DNA of 64,000 nucleotides from Escherichia coli. Its GTDB lineage: Bacteria; Pseudomonadota; Gammaproteobacteria; Enterobacterales; Enterobacteriaceae. The stretch lies in NCBI RefSeq assembly GCF_041248615.1, contig NZ_CP158426.1. The stretch is one strand, 5' to 3'. Under the pieces are notes generated by a model. That model made no database searches and was not told the origin of the DNA. It saw nothing but the letters and a program-made list of their open reading frames with translations. This document shows, piece by piece, positions 19,440-30,554 of the stretch (position 1 is the first letter of the stretch; each line of letters starts with the position of its first letter). The position numbers and the translations under genes are program-made.

Positions 19440-21034
19440 TGGCTGACATTCTGCTGCTCGATAATATCGACTCTTTTACTTACAACCTGGCAGATCAGTT
19501 GCGCAGCAATGGTCATAACGTGGTGATTTACCGCAACCATATTCCGGCGCAGACCTTAATTGAACGCCTGGCGACAATGAGCAATCCGGTGCTGATGCTT
19601 TCTCCTGGCCCCGGTGTGCCAAGCGAAGCCGGTTGTATGCCAGAACTCCTCACCCGCCTGCGCGGCAAGCTGCCAATTATTGGCATTTGCCTCGGTCATC
19701 AGGCGATTGTCGAAGCTTATGGGGGGTATGTCGGTCAGGCGGGCGAAATTCTTCACGGTAAAGCGTCGAGTATTGAACATGACGGTCAGGCGATGTTTGC
19801 CGGATTAACAAACCCATTGCCAGTGGCGCGTTATCACTCGCTGGTTGGCAGTAACATTCCGGCCGGTTTAACCATCAACGCCCATTTTAATGGCATGGTG
19901 ATGGCGGTGCGTCACGATGCAGATCGCGTTTGTGGATTCCAGTTCCATCCGGAATCCATTCTTACTACCCAGGGTGCTCGCCTGCTGGAACAAACGCTGG
20001 CCTGGGCGCAGCAGAAACTGGAACCGACCAACACGCTGCAACCGATTCTGGAAAAACTGTATCAGGCGCAGACCCTTAGCCAGCAGGAAAGTCACCAGCT
20101 GTTTTCAGCGGTGGTACGTGGCGAACTGAAACCGGAACAACTGGCGGCGGCGCTGGTGAGCATGAAAATTCGCGGCGAGCACCCGAACGAGATCGCCGGA
20201 GCAGCAACCGCGCTACTGGAAAATGCCGCGCCGTTCCCGCGCCCGGATTATCTGTTTGCTGATATCGTCGGTACTGGCGGTGACGGCAGTAACAGCATCA
20301 ATATTTCTACCGCCAGTGCGTTTGTCGCCGCGGCCTGTGGGCTGAAAGTGGCGAAACACGGCAACCGTAGCGTCTCCAGTAAATCCGGCTCGTCGGATCT
20401 GCTGGCGGCGTTCGGTATTAATCTTGATATGAACGCCGATAAATCGCGCCAGGCGCTGGATGAGTTAGGCGTCTGTTTCCTCTTTGCGCCGAAATATCAC
20501 ACCGGATTCCGCCACGCGATGCCGGTTCGCCAACAACTGAAAACCCGCACCCTGTTCAATGTGCTGGGGCCATTGATTAACCCGGCGCATCCGCCGCTGG
20601 CGCTAATTGGTGTTTATAGTCCGGAACTGGTGCTGCCGATTGCCGAAACCTTGCGCGTGCTGGGGTATCAACGCGCTGCGGTAGTGCACAGCGGCGGGAT
20701 GGATGAAGTTTCATTACACGCGCCGACAATCGTTGCCGAACTGCATGACGGTGAAATTAAGAGCTATCAGCTAACTGCAGAAGATTTTGGCCTGACACCC
20801 TACCACCAGGAGCAACTGGCAGGCGGAACACCGGAAGAAAACCGTGACATTTTAACACGCTTGTTACAAGGTAAAGGCGACGCCGCCCATGAAGCAGCCG
20901 TCGCGGCGAACGTCGCCATGTTAATGCGCCTGCATGGCCATGAAGATCTGCAAGCCAATGCGCAAACCGTTCTTGAGGTACTGCGCAGTGGTTCCGCTTA
21001 CGACAGAGTCACCGCACTGGCGGCACGAGGGTAA
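19439..21034 (+). CDS. trpD: Bifunctional anthranilate synthase component II / anthranilate phosphoribosyltransferase
   Basis: 531-aa ORF; N-terminal glutamine amidotransferase domain (GICLGHQ) fused to the PRT domain. Confidence 0.97.
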   Translation: MADILLLDNIDSFTYNLADQLRSNGHNVVIYRNHIPAQTLIERLATMSNPVLMLSPGPGVPSEAGCMPELLTRLRGKLPIIGICLGHQAIVEAYGGYVGQAGEILHGKASSIEHDGQAMFAGLTNPLPVARYHSLVGSNIPAGLTINAHFNGMVMAVRHDADRVCGFQFHPESILTTQGARLLEQTLAWAQQKLEPTNTLQPILEKLYQAQTLSQQESHQLFSAVVRGELKPEQLAAALVSMKIRGEHPNEIAGAATALLENAAPFPRPDYLFADIVGTGGDGSNSINISTASAFVAAACGLKVAKHGNRSVSSKSGSSDLLAAFGINLDMNADKSRQALDELGVCFLFAPKYHTGFRHAMPVRQQLKTRTLFNVLGPLINPAHPPLALIGVYSPELVLPIAETLRVLGYQRAAVVHSGGMDEVSLHAPTIVAELHDGEIKSYQLTAEDFGLTPYHQEQLAGGTPEENRDILTRLLQGKGDAAHEAAVAANVAMLMRLHGHEDLQANAQTVLEVLRSGSAYDRVTALAARG

Positions 21035-22396
21035 ATGATGCAAACCGTTTTAGCGAAAATCGTCGCAGACAAGGCGATTTGGGTAGAAACCCGCAAACAG
21101 CAGCAACCGCTGGCCAGTTTTCAGAATGAGGTTCAGCCGAGCACGCGACATTTTTATGATGCACTTCAGGGCGCACGCACGGCGTTTATTCTGGAGTGTA
21201 AAAAAGCGTCGCCGTCAAAAGGCGTGATCCGTGATGATTTCGATCCGGCACGCATTGCCGCCATTTATAAACATTACGCTTCGGCAATTTCGGTGCTGAC
21301 TGATGAGAAATATTTTCAGGGGAGCTTTGATTTCCTCCCCATCGTCAGCCAAATCGCCCCGCAGCCGATTTTATGTAAAGACTTCATTATCGATCCTTAC
21401 CAGATCTATCTGGCGCGCTATTACCAGGCCGATGCCTGCTTATTAATGCTTTCAGTACTGGATGACGAACAATATCGCCAGCTTGCTGCCGTCGCCCACA
21501 GTCTGGAGATGGGTGTGCTGACCGAAGTCAGTAATGAAGAGGAACTGGAGCGTGCCATTGCATTGGGGGCAAAGGTCGTTGGCATCAACAACCGCGATCT
21601 GCGTGATTTGTCGATTGATCTCAACCGTACCCGCGAGCTTGCGCCGAAACTGGGGCACAACGTGACGGTAATCAGCGAATCCGGCATCAATACTTACGCT
21701 CAGGTGCGCGAGTTAAGCCACTTCGCTAACGGTTTTCTGATTGGTTCGGCGTTGATGGCCCATGACGATTTGAACGCCGCCGTGCGCCGGGTGTTGCTTG
21801 GTGAGAATAAAGTGTGTGGCCTGACGCGTGGGCAAGATGCTAAAGCAGCTTATGACGCGGGCGCGATTTACGGTGGGTTGATTTTTGTTACAACGTCACC
21901 GCGTTGCGTCAGCGTTGAACAGGCGCAGGAAGTGATGGCTGCGGCACCGTTGCAATACGTTGGCGTATTCCGCAATCACGATATTGCCGATGTGGTGGAC
22001 AAAGCTAACGCGTTATCGCTGGCAGCAGTGCAACTGCATGGTAATGAAGATCAGCAATATATCGACGCACTGCGTGACGTGCTGCCCGCAAACGTTGCCA
22101 TCTGGAAAGCATTGAGCGTCGGTGAAACTCTTCCCGCACGCGATTTTCAGCACGTCGATAAATATGTTTTCGACAACGGCCAGGGTGGTAGCGGGCAACG
22201 TTTCGACTGGTCACTGTTAAACGGTCAATCGCTTGGCAACGTTCTGCTGGCGGGTGGCTTAGGCGCAGATAACTGCGTGGAAGCGGCACAAACCGGCTGC
22301 GCCGGACTTGATTTTAATTCTGCTGTAGAGTCACAACCGGGTATAAAAGACGCACATCTTTTGGCCTCGGTTTTCCAGACGCTGCGCGCATATTAA
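21035..22396 (+). CDS. trpC: Bifunctional indole-3-glycerol-phosphate synthase / phosphoribosylanthranilate isomerase
   Basis: 453-aa [21 protein letters not shown]...; start may be the second Met at 21038. Confidence 0.96.
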
Positions 22397-22407
22397 GGAA
22401 AGGAACA

Positions 22408-23601
22408 ATGACAACATTACTTAACCCCTATTTTGGTGAGTTTGGCGGCATGTACGTGCCACAAATCCTGATGCCTGCTCTGCGCCAGCTGGAAGAAGCT
22501 TTTGTCAGCGCGCAAAAAGATCCTGAATTTCAGGCCCAGTTCAACGACCTGTTGAAAAACTATGCCGGGCGTCCAACCGCACTGACCAAATGCCAGAACA
22601 TTACGGCTGGGACGAACACTACGCTGTATCTTAAGCGCGAAGATTTACTGCACGGCGGCGCGCATAAAACTAACCAGGTGCTCGGTCAGGCTTTACTGGC
22701 GAAGCGGATGGGTAAAACCGAAATCATCGCCGAAACCGGTGCCGGTCAGCATGGCGTGGCGTCGGCCCTTGCCAGTGCCCTGCTCGGCCTGAAATGCCGT
22801 ATTTATATGGGTGCCAAAGACGTTGAACGCCAGTCGCCAAACGTTTTTCGTATGCGCTTAATGGGTGCGGAAGTGATCCCGGTACATAGCGGTTCCGCGA
22901 CGCTGAAAGATGCCTGTAACGAGGCGCTACGCGACTGGTCCGGCAGTTATGAAACCGCGCACTATATGCTGGGCACCGCAGCTGGCCCGCATCCTTACCC
23001 GACCATTGTGCGTGAGTTTCAGCGAATGATTGGCGAAGAAACGAAAGCGCAGATTCTGGAAAGAGAAGGTCGCCTGCCGGATGCGGTTATCGCTTGTGTT
23101 GGCGGCGGTTCAAATGCCATCGGCATGTTTGCTGATTTCATCAACGAAACCGACGTCGGCCTGATTGGTGTCGAACCAGGCGGTCACGGTATCGAAACTG
23201 GCGAGCACGGCGCACCGTTAAAACACGGTCGCGTGGGCATCTATTTCGGTATGAAAGCGCCGATGATGCAAACCGAAGACGGGCAGATTGAAGAATCTTA
23301 CTCCATCTCCGCCGGACTGGATTTCCCGTCTGTCGGCCCACAACACGCGTATCTTAACAGCACTGGACGCGCTGATTACGTGTCAATTACCGATGATGAA
23401 GCACTGGAAGCCTTCAAAACGCTGTGCCTGCACGAAGGGATCATCCCGGCGCTGGAATCCTCCCACGCCCTGGCCCATGCGCTGAAAATGATGCGCGAAA
23501 ACCCGGAAAAAGAGCAGCTACTGGTGGTTAACCTTTCCGGTCGCGGCGATAAAGACATCTTCACCGTTCACGATATTTTGAAAGCACGAGGGGAAATCTG
23601 A
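22408..23601 (+). CDS. trpB: Tryptophan synthase beta chain
   Basis: 397-aa [24 protein letters not shown]... with the PLP-binding Lys region (HGGAHKTNQ). Confidence 0.97.
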
Positions 23602-24407
23602 TGCAACGCTACGAATCTCTGTTTGCCCAGTTGAAGGAGCGCAAAGAAGGCGCATTCGTTCCTTTCGTCACCCTCGGTGATCCGGGCATTGAGCAGTCGC
23701 TGAAAATTATCGACACGCTAATTGAAGCCGGTGCTGACGCGCTGGAGTTAGGTATCCCCTTCTCCGACCCACTGGCGGATGGCCCGACGATTCAAAACGC
23801 CACACTGCGTGCCTTTGCGGCAGGTGTGACCCCGGCACAGTGCTTTGAGATGCTGGCACTGATTCGCCAGAAGCACCCGACCATTCCCATCGGCCTTTTG
23901 ATGTATGCCAACCTGGTGTTTAACAAAGGCATTGATGAGTTTTATGCCCAGTGCGAGAAAGTCGGCGTCGATTCGGTGCTGGTTGCCGATGTGCCAGTGG
24001 AAGAGTCCGCTCCCTTCCGCCAGGCCGCGTTGCGTCATAATGTCGCACCTATCTTTATTTGCCCGCCGAATGCCGACGATGATTTGCTGCGCCAGATAGC
24101 CTCCTACGGTCGTGGATACACCTATTTATTGTCACGTGCGGGCGTGACCGGCGCAGAAAACCGCGCCGCGTTACCCCTCAATCATCTGGTCACGAAGCTG
24201 AAAGAGTACAATGCTGCGCCTCCATTGCAGGGCTTTGGTATTTCCGCCCCGGATCAGGTAAAAGCAGCGATTGATGCAGGAGCTGCGGGCGCGATTTCTG
24301 GTTCGGCCATTGTTAAAATCATCGAGCAACATATTAATGAGCCAGAGAAAATGCTGGCGGCACTGAAAGCTTTTGTACAACCGATGAAAGCGGCGACGCG
24401 CAGTTAA
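23601..24407 (+). CDS. trpA: Tryptophan synthase alpha chain
   Basis: 268-aa [31 protein letters not shown]...; start overlaps the trpB stop. Confidence 0.97.
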   Translation: MQRYESLFAQLKERKEGAFVPFVTLGDPGIEQSLKIIDTLIEAGADALELGIPFSDPLADGPTIQNATLRAFAAGVTPAQCFEMLALIRQKHPTIPIGLLMYANLVFNKGIDEFYAQCEKVGVDSVLVADVPVEESAPFRQAALRHNVAPIFICPPNADDDLLRQIASYGRGYTYLLSRAGVTGAENRAALPLNHLVTKLKEYNAAPPLQGFGISAPDQVKAAIDAGAAGAISGSAIVKIIEQHINEPEKMLAALKAFVQPMKAATRS

Positions 24408-24413
24408 TCCCAC

Positions 24414-24441
24414 AGCCGCCAGTACCGCTGGCGGCATTTTA
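24414..24441 (+). terminator. trp operon terminator (trp t)
   Basis: Hairpin GCCGCCAG-TACCG-CTGGCGGC followed by ATTTT, 7 bp after the trpA stop. Confidence 0.8.
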
Positions 24442-24787
24442 ACTTTCTTTAACGAAGCCGGAAAAATCCTAAATTCATTTTATATTTATCTTTTTACCGT
24501 TTCGCTTACCCCTGTCGAACGTCAACTTACGTTATTTTTCCGCCCAACAGTAATATAATCAAACAAATTAATCCCGCAACATAACACCAGTAAAATAAAT
24601 AATTTTCTCTAAGTCACTTATTCCTCAGGCAATTGTTAATATATCCAGAACGTTCCTCATAATATATTTTCCCACTTTCTTCTCGTTACGCTTAATTTGA
24701 CTAATTCTCATTAGCGACTAATTTTAATGAGTGTCGACACACAACACTCATATTAATCAAACAATGCAACGCAACGGGAGAAATAAC

Positions 24788-24967
24788 ATGGCCGAACATC
24801 GTGGTGGTTCAGGAAATTTCGCCGAAGACCGTGAGAAGGCATCCGACGCAGGCCGTAAAGGCGGTCAGCATAGCGGCGGTAATTTTAAAAATGATCCGCA
24901 ACGCGCATCTGAAGCGGGTAAAAAAGGCGGTCAACAAAGCGGTGGTAATAAATCAGGCAAATCCTGA
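24788..24967 (+). CDS. yciG: Small Gly-rich stress-induced protein YciG (KGG-repeat protein)
   Basis: 59-aa product MAEHRGGSGNFAEDREKASDAGRKGGQHSGG...; track ORF starts 19 codons earlier, but the Met at 24788 has a GGAG Shine-Dalgarno. Confidence 0.85.
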   Translation: MAEHRGGSGNFAEDREKASDAGRKGGQHSGGNFKNDPQRASEAGKKGGQQSGGNKSGKS

Positions 24968-25052
24968 TTCACCGTTAATTATTAATATCAGCTGATAAAG
25001 ATAATTTCATCTGCGGGCCGTATGGCTCGCAGTGATTCCACTGGAGAAAAAT

Positions 25053-25553
25053 ATGAATATGAAGACCATTGAAGATGTATTTATTCACCTGCTTTCAGAT
25101 ACCTACAGCGCAGAAAAACAATTAACCCGTGCACTGGCAAAACTCGCTAGAGCAACATCAAACGAAAAATTAAGTCAGGCTTTTCATGCGCACCTCGAGG
25201 AAACTCATGGACAGATTGAACGAATTGATCAAGTTGTGGAATCTGAATCGAACCTGAAAATTAAGCGCATGAAATGTGTGGCAATGGAAGGTCTCATTGA
25301 AGAAGCTAATGAGGTTATCGAAAGCACCGAGAAAAACGAAGTGCGTGATGCCGCACTGATTGCCGCAGCGCAGAAAGTCGAGCACTATGAGATCGCCAGT
25401 TACGGGACATTAGCGACGCTGGCTGAACAATTAGGTTACCGTAAAGCAGCGAAGCTTCTGAAAGAAACTCTTGAAGAAGAAAAGGCCACCGACATCAAAC
25501 TGACTGATCTGGCACTTAATAACGTAAATAAGAAAGCCGAAAATAAAGCCTGA
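25053..25553 (+). CDS. yciF: DUF892 / ferritin-like stress protein YciF
   Basis: 166-aa product MNMKTIEDVFIHLLSDTYSAEKQ...; in the yciGFE cluster. Confidence 0.88.
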   Translation: MNMKTIEDVFIHLLSDTYSAEKQLTRALAKLARATSNEKLSQAFHAHLEETHGQIERIDQVVESESNLKIKRMKCVAMEGLIEEANEVIESTEKNEVRDAALIAAAQKVEHYEIASYGTLATLAEQLGYRKAAKLLKETLEEEKATDIKLTDLALNNVNKKAENKA

Positions 25554-25598
25554 AATATGAATTTTCACTTTTAGTCATTTTATAAAGAGGACATTTTC

Positions 25599-26105
25599 AT
25601 GAATCGTATTGAACATTATCATGACTGGTTACGTGACGCCCACGCAATGGAAAAGCAAGCCGAATCTATGCTTGAATCCATGGCCAGTCGTATAGATAAT
25701 TATCCTGAACTACGCGCTCGTATTGAACAACATCTTAGTGAAACCAAAAACCAGATTGTTCAACTGGAAACTATTCTTGATCGTAATGACATTTCACGTT
25801 CAGTCATTAAAGATTCCATGAGTAAAATGGCTGCGCTTGGGCAGTCAATCGGTGGTATATTCCCTTCTGATGAAATAGTCAAAGGCTCTATTAGCGGATA
25901 TGTCTTCGAGCAATTTGAAATCGCCTGTTACACCTCACTCTTAGCAGCAGCAAAAAATGCCGGTGATACAGCTTCAATTCCAACCATCGAAGCGATTTTA
26001 AATGAGGAAAAAGAAATGGCCGACTGGCTGATTCAGCATATTCCGCAAACAACTGAGAAATTTTTAATTCGCTCTGAAACTGATGGCGTAGAAGCGAAGA
26101 AATAA
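25599..26105 (+). CDS. yciE: DUF892 / ferritin-like stress protein YciE
   Basis: 168-aa ORF, paralogous to YciF. Confidence 0.88.
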   Translation: MNRIEHYHDWLRDAHAMEKQAESMLESMASRIDNYPELRARIEQHLSETKNQIVQLETILDRNDISRSVIKDSMSKMAALGQSIGGIFPSDEIVKGSISGYVFEQFEIACYTSLLAAAKNAGDTASIPTIEAILNEEKEMADWLIQHIPQTTEKFLIRSETDGVEAKK

Positions 26106-26130
26106 TACCCTTTATACCATGTCCTTATTG

Positions 26131-26157
26131 ACCCCGTATATTACGGGGTCGTTTTTG
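26131..26157. terminator. Bidirectional terminator between convergent yciE and ompW
   Basis: Hairpin ACCCCGTA-TAT-TACGGGGT followed by a T-run. Confidence 0.7.
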
Positions 26158-26164
26158 TGCGGAA

Positions 26165-26803
26165 TTAAAAACGATATCCTGCTGAGAACATAAACACCCA
26201 CGGATCGAGGCGTACGCTATCGTGTTGCTGTGCACCGCCCAGCTTATAATTGGCGGTGGTATCAATATCCATGTACCACACTGACATGTTAACCAACCAG
26301 TCACGGTTAATCAGATAATCAACCCCCACCTGCCCGGCAGCTCCCCAGGAATCTTTCAGACTGAGATCGGAAAGCCCCGCCTCTTTGCCATGATCGTTAA
26401 ATCCATTATCAAAGAAGGTGGTGTAGTTAATACCTGCCCCAACGTAAGGACGGAATTTGCTGCTGGCATCACCAAAATACCACTGCGCCATCAGTGTTGG
26501 CGGCAGATGATGAACGGTTGCAATATCGCCGGTCGCCCGGGTGCCGATTTTATGGCGGAACGGCGTCGCTGCCAGCAATTCCACACCAATGTTATCGGTC
26601 GCCATATAAGTAAACGTCAGGCCCAGTTGCGTGTTATTGGTCACGCTGAATCCACCCAGACTTCCTAACGTACCACCAGCACCTTCTGTTGGACGTACGG
26701 TTGCAGAACCTGCACGCATAAAAAATTCGCCTGCTTCATGCGCAAAGGCACTGCCAGAGAGAAGAGTTGTTACTGCCAAAGCCGCCACTGTTAACTTTTT
26801 CAT
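26165..26803 (-). CDS. ompW: Outer membrane protein W
   Basis: 212-aa ORF with signal peptide MKKLTVAALAVTTLLSGSAFA and C-terminal aromatic residue (…AGYRF) typical of beta-barrel OMPs. Confidence 0.95.
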   Translation of the reverse strand: MKKLTVAALAVTTLLSGSAFAHEAGEFFMRAGSATVRPTEGAGGTLGSLGGFSVTNNTQLGLTFTYMATDNIGVELLAATPFRHKIGTRATGDIATVHHLPPTLMAQWYFGDASSKFRPYVGAGINYTTFFDNGFNDHGKEAGLSDLSLKDSWGAAGQVGVDYLINRDWLVNMSVWYMDIDTTANYKLGGAQQHDSVRLDPWVFMFSAGYRF

Positions 26804-26951
26804 ATCCGCTCCGTCGTTATGGTTATAAAAACGTGACGAATATACCTACATTGGAGTAACAAATGATCCTACATAGATCACATTACATATGATAATTCAC
26901 CCTTTATTGATCTGGATTAATTTAGAAGTTGCATTGAGAATCCTGGTTAAC

Positions 26952-26965
26952 GTGATTTAAATCAA
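26952..26965. promoter_or_regulatory. Candidate FNR box (GTGAT-N4-ATCAA) upstream of ompW
   Basis: Near-consensus FNR palindrome about 150 bp upstream of the ompW start; a second weaker site TTGAT-N4-ATTAA lies at 26907..26920. Confidence 0.45.
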
Positions 26966-27159
26966 TTTTTAAATATTTTCGCTACGCAAATATTAACTCG
27001 TTCGCCACTTGCCGCGGTTTGCCCACGCCTGAAGGCCAGCAATTACCTCCGCTTTACAAAGATATGCTTTTCCATACAAGACCTGATGCTGCCACCCGAG
27101 GCTTAACCAGGGTACAATTGCCCGCTAATTAACACCTGCATAAAACTCAAGGAGAGTGC

Positions 27160-27903
27160 ATGTCTATCACGGCGCAGTCCGTATACCGTGACACCGGAAA
27201 TTTCTTCCGTAATCAATTTATGACCATTCTGTTGGTATCGTTGCTATGTGCGTTTATCACAGTGGTGTTAGGGCATGTTTTCTCACCCAGTGATGCACAG
27301 CTTGCGCAGCTCAATGATGGCGTGCCCGTTAGCGGCAGTAGTGGGTTGTTCGACCTGGTTCAGAATATGTCACCGGAACAGCAACAAATTTTGCTGCAGG
27401 CTTCAGCGGCGTCCACTTTTTCAGGATTAATCGGTAACGCCATTCTCGCCGGAGGCGTAATATTAATTATCCAGCTGGTGTCTGCGGGTCAGAGAGTCAG
27501 TGCGCTGCGAGGTATTGGTGCCAGTGCGCCGATATTGCCAAAGTTATTTATTCTGATTTTTCTGACTACCCTTTTAGTACAGATTGGCATCATGCTGGTG
27601 GTCGTTCCGGGAATTATCATGGCTATTTTACTGGCCCTGGCACCGGTGATGTTGGTACAGGACAAAATGGGCGTTTTTGCCTCGATGCGTAGCAGTATGC
27701 GGCTGACTTGGGCGAATATGCGTCTGGTGGCACCCGCAGTACTGAGCTGGTTGCTGGCAAAAACACTGTTGCTGCTTTTTGCCTCTTCTTTTGCCGCATT
27801 AACCCCGGAAATTGGTGCCGTACTGGCGAACACCTTGAGCAACCTGATTTCAGCCGTACTGCTCATCTATCTGTTCCGCCTGTATATGTTGATTCGCCAA
27901 TAA
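27160..27903 (+). CDS. yciC: UPF0259 inner membrane protein YciC
   Basis: 247-aa multi-TM ORF; conserved position. Confidence 0.9.
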   Translation: MSITAQSVYRDTGNFFRNQFMTILLVSLLCAFITVVLGHVFSPSDAQLAQLNDGVPVSGSSGLFDLVQNMSPEQQQILLQASAASTFSGLIGNAILAGGVILIIQLVSAGQRVSALRGIGASAPILPKLFILIFLTTLLVQIGIMLVVVPGIIMAILLALAPVMLVQDKMGVFASMRSSMRLTWANMRLVAPAVLSWLLAKTLLLLFASSFAALTPEIGAVLANTLSNLISAVLLIYLFRLYMLIRQ

Positions 27904-27932
27904 CCTTAAGCATTTGATTACGGAATCGTAAA

Positions 27933-28472
27933 ATGAAGCAGTTTCTTGATTTTTTACCGCTGGTTGTCTTTTTCGCGTTTTACAAGATTTATGACATCTA
28001 TGCGGCTACTGCGGCGCTGATCGTCGCCACGGCGATTGTGCTTATATATAGCTGGGTTCGCTTTCGTAAGGTTGAGAAGATGGCCCTGATCACTTTTGTT
28101 CTGGTGGTCGTCTTCGGTGGCTTAACCCTGTTCTTCCACAATGATGAGTTTATTAAATGGAAGGTTACTGTCATTTATGCCCTGTTTGCAGGTGCCCTGT
28201 TAGTCAGCCAATGGGTGATGAAAAAGCCGCTAATTCAGCGGATGCTGGGTAAAGAACTCACGCTGCCGCAACCGGTATGGTCGAAGCTGAATCTGGCCTG
28301 GGCTGTTTTCTTTATCCTTTGCGGTCTGGCAAACATCTACATCGCATTCTGGCTGCCGCAAAATATTTGGGTCAACTTTAAAGTGTTTGGCCTGACCGCT
28401 CTTACCTTAATCTTCACATTGTTAAGCGGTATCTATATCTACCGCCACATGCCGCAGGAAGATAAATCCTAA
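27933..28472 (+). CDS. yciB: Inner membrane-spanning protein YciB (intracellular septation protein A family)
   Basis: 179-aa multi-[23 protein letters not shown]... Confidence 0.9.
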   Translation: MKQFLDFLPLVVFFAFYKIYDIYAATAALIVATAIVLIYSWVRFRKVEKMALITFVLVVVFGGLTLFFHNDEFIKWKVTVIYALFAGALLVSQWVMKKPLIQRMLGKELTLPQPVWSKLNLAWAVFFILCGLANIYIAFWLPQNIWVNFKVFGLTALTLIFTLLSGIYIYRHMPQEDKS

Positions 28473-28576
28473 CCAGACTGCCAGTCCTTCGGGGCTGGCG
28501 CTGTATCTCCTCTGTTCTCCTCAGGAAAATCATAGTAGCATCGCGCCTGTGATTTTCCTTTTAAGTCGGTTTTACC

Positions 28577-28975
28577 ATGTCTACAACACATAACGTCCCT
28601 CAGGGCGATCTTGTTTTACGTACTTTAGCCATGCCCGCCGATACCAATGCCAATGGTGACATCTTTGGTGGTTGGTTAATGTCACAAATGGATATTGGCG
28701 GCGCTATTCTGGCGAAAGAAATTGCCCACGGTCGCGTAGTGACCGTGCGGGTTGAAGGAATGACTTTCTTACGACCGGTTGCGGTCGGCGATGTAGTGTG
28801 CTGCTATGCACGCGGTGTCCAGAAAGGGACGACATCGGTCAGCATTAATATTGAAGTGTGGGTGAAAAAGGTCGCGTCTGAACCCATCGGGCAACGTTAT
28901 AAAGCGACAGAAGCATTATTTAAGTATGTCGCGGTTGATCCTGAAGGAAAACCTCGCGCCTTACCTGTTGAGTAA
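28577..28975 (+). CDS. yciA: Acyl-CoA thioester hydrolase YciA (hotdog fold)
   Basis: 132-aa ORF; conserved position adjacent to tonB. Confidence 0.92.
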   Translation: MSTTHNVPQGDLVLRTLAMPADTNANGDIFGGWLMSQMDIGGAILAKEIAHGRVVTVRVEGMTFLRPVAVGDVVCCYARGVQKGTTSVSINIEVWVKKVASEPIGQRYKATEALFKYVAVDPEGKPRALPVE

Positions 28976-28980
28976 TAATC

Positions 28981-29004
28981 AAAAGCCTCCGGTCGGAGGC
29001 TTTT
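28981..29004. terminator. Bidirectional tonB / yciA terminator
   Basis: Symmetric AAAAGCCTCCG-GTC-GGAGGCTTTT hairpin with A-run and T-run on either side, between convergent gene ends. Confidence 0.85.
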
Positions 29005-29014
29005 GACTTTCTGC

Positions 29015-29734
29015 TTACTGAATTTCGGTGGTGCCGTTAATTTTAAACAGGATATTCACCACAATCCCACTGCCTGGCTTACCCGGCTCATAACGCCATC
29101 TGCGCATCGCATTTTTCACCTCACGCTCAAACATGTTCGCAGGCTTGGCTGAGAGGATTTGCACGTTATCCACGCGACCATCCGGCGTGACATCAAATTT
29201 AACTTTAACCTGCCCTTCAATGCGCAATGCCTGTGCTCGTGCCGGATACTGCGGCTGATTGCGGCTTAATGCGCGTGGTCCTGAAGCCACACTGGTAACC
29301 GGCTTGCTGGTTGTAGCCGTCGCCGTACTTGATGTCGGGCGCGCGGGCGCCGTATTTTCAAACGGTGATGCCGGACGCGACTCTACGGGTTTGACATCGC
29401 GTTTTGGCTGCTCCTGTACCTTTTTCACCGGCTTCGGTTTTGGCTTAGGTTTCGGCTTCGGCTTTTCAATGACCACCGGTGCTTCTTTTGGCGGTTCGGG
29501 GATCGGCTCAGGTTCCGGTTCTGGCTCTACCACCGGCTCCGGTGGCGGCTGAACGGCTTGTGGCGGTTCGAGATCCGCAGGCGCAACCATCGTGACAGAA
29601 ATTGGCTGCGCAGGCGCAGGTAGTTCAATAACCTGATGTACCGAGGTATAGAGCAGACCCGCCACAACAGCACCATGAATGCAGACCGAAAGTAACGTCG
29701 GCCAGGGGAAGCGGCGAGGTAAATCAAGGGTCAT
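29015..29734 (-). CDS. tonB: Energy transducer TonB
   Basis: 239-aa product starting [17 protein letters not shown]... with (EP)n/(KP)n Pro-rich spacer; track ORF carries a 17-codon upstream extension. Confidence 0.95.
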   Translation of the reverse strand: MTLDLPRRFPWPTLLSVCIHGAVVAGLLYTSVHQVIELPAPAQPISVTMVAPADLEPPQAVQPPPEPVVEPEPEPEPIPEPPKEAPVVIEKPKPKPKPKPKPVKKVQEQPKRDVKPVESRPASPFENTAPARPTSSTATATTSKPVTSVASGPRALSRNQPQYPARAQALRIEGQVKVKFDVTPDGRVDNVQILSAKPANMFEREVKNAMRRWRYEPGKPGSGIVVNILFKINGTTEIQ

Positions 29735-29780
29735 TGAAGTCATAATCATTTCAGTAGAAAAACCAGGCCTCGATTTTAAA

Positions 29781-29800
29781 TGCAAATAGCAATCATATTC
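29781..29800. promoter_or_regulatory. Candidate Fur box in the tonB promoter
   Basis: AAATAGCAATCATATTC resembles the Fur consensus (GATAATGATAATCATTATC) 45-65 bp upstream of the tonB start. Confidence 0.45.
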
Positions 29801-29957
29801 AATAAGGCAAGACGATCAGGATCAGTGAAAATGTCATTTTTGGCGTAATTGACCTTACTTTTTAAATGGTCTTAACAAAGACATCATCTTTCCGTTGCAG
29901 ATCTTCGCCCTTTCAAATAACGTACTTTACAACTTTCCCGAACAAGGAGTTGTGCCC

Positions 29958-30254
29958 GTGTTGTATGTTATTTACGCTCAAGACAAAGCTGATAGCCTCG
30001 AAAAACGCCTTTCCGTTCGTCCGGCACATTTAGCACGTTTACAGTTACTGCATGATGAAGGTCGATTGTTGACCGCCGGTCCAATGCCAGCAGTAGACAG
30101 TAACGATCCAGGGGCTGCGGGATTTACTGGCTCAACCGTTATTGCTGAATTTGAATCGCTGGAAGCAGCTCAGGCCTGGGCCGATGCTGACCCGTACGTA
30201 GCGGCAGGAGTCTATGAATACGTTTCAGTGAAACCATTTAAGAAAGTGTTCTGA
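29958..30254 (+). CDS. yciI: YciI-family protein (Dabb-type fold)
   Basis: 98-aa product from a GTG start at 29958 ([29 protein letters not shown]...) with AAGGAG upstream. Confidence 0.85.
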   Translation: MLYVIYAQDKADSLEKRLSVRPAHLARLQLLHDEGRLLTAGPMPAVDSNDPGAAGFTGSTVIAEFESLEAAQAWADADPYVAAGVYEYVSVKPFKKVF

Positions 30255-30276
30255 ATAGAGATTCAATATTTAAGGG

Positions 30277-30305
30277 CACGGTTTTTGCAACCGTGTTCTT
30301 GTTTG
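30277..30305 (+). terminator. Intrinsic terminator after yciI
   Basis: Hairpin CACGGTT-TTTGC-AACCGTG followed by a T-rich run. Confidence 0.6.
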
Positions 30306-30554
30306 GCCTTTCCTTATAGGTCGGTCAGTGCATTCACCCCTACAAGCAGATAATAACTTTATCTGTATTTCTTTATATGATGTGAGCATATTCAGGAAAA
30401 ATGCCCTTTCCTGACGCAGAGTTGCTCACTCAAAACCTTTGATTACTGCGGATAAAGTCATCTACTATTGTTTAACACATTCACGCGCTGCATGTATGTT
30501 CAGAAAATGTGCACGCTCAGATAATTAAACAAAATTGTGGTTACAGAGGTATCA

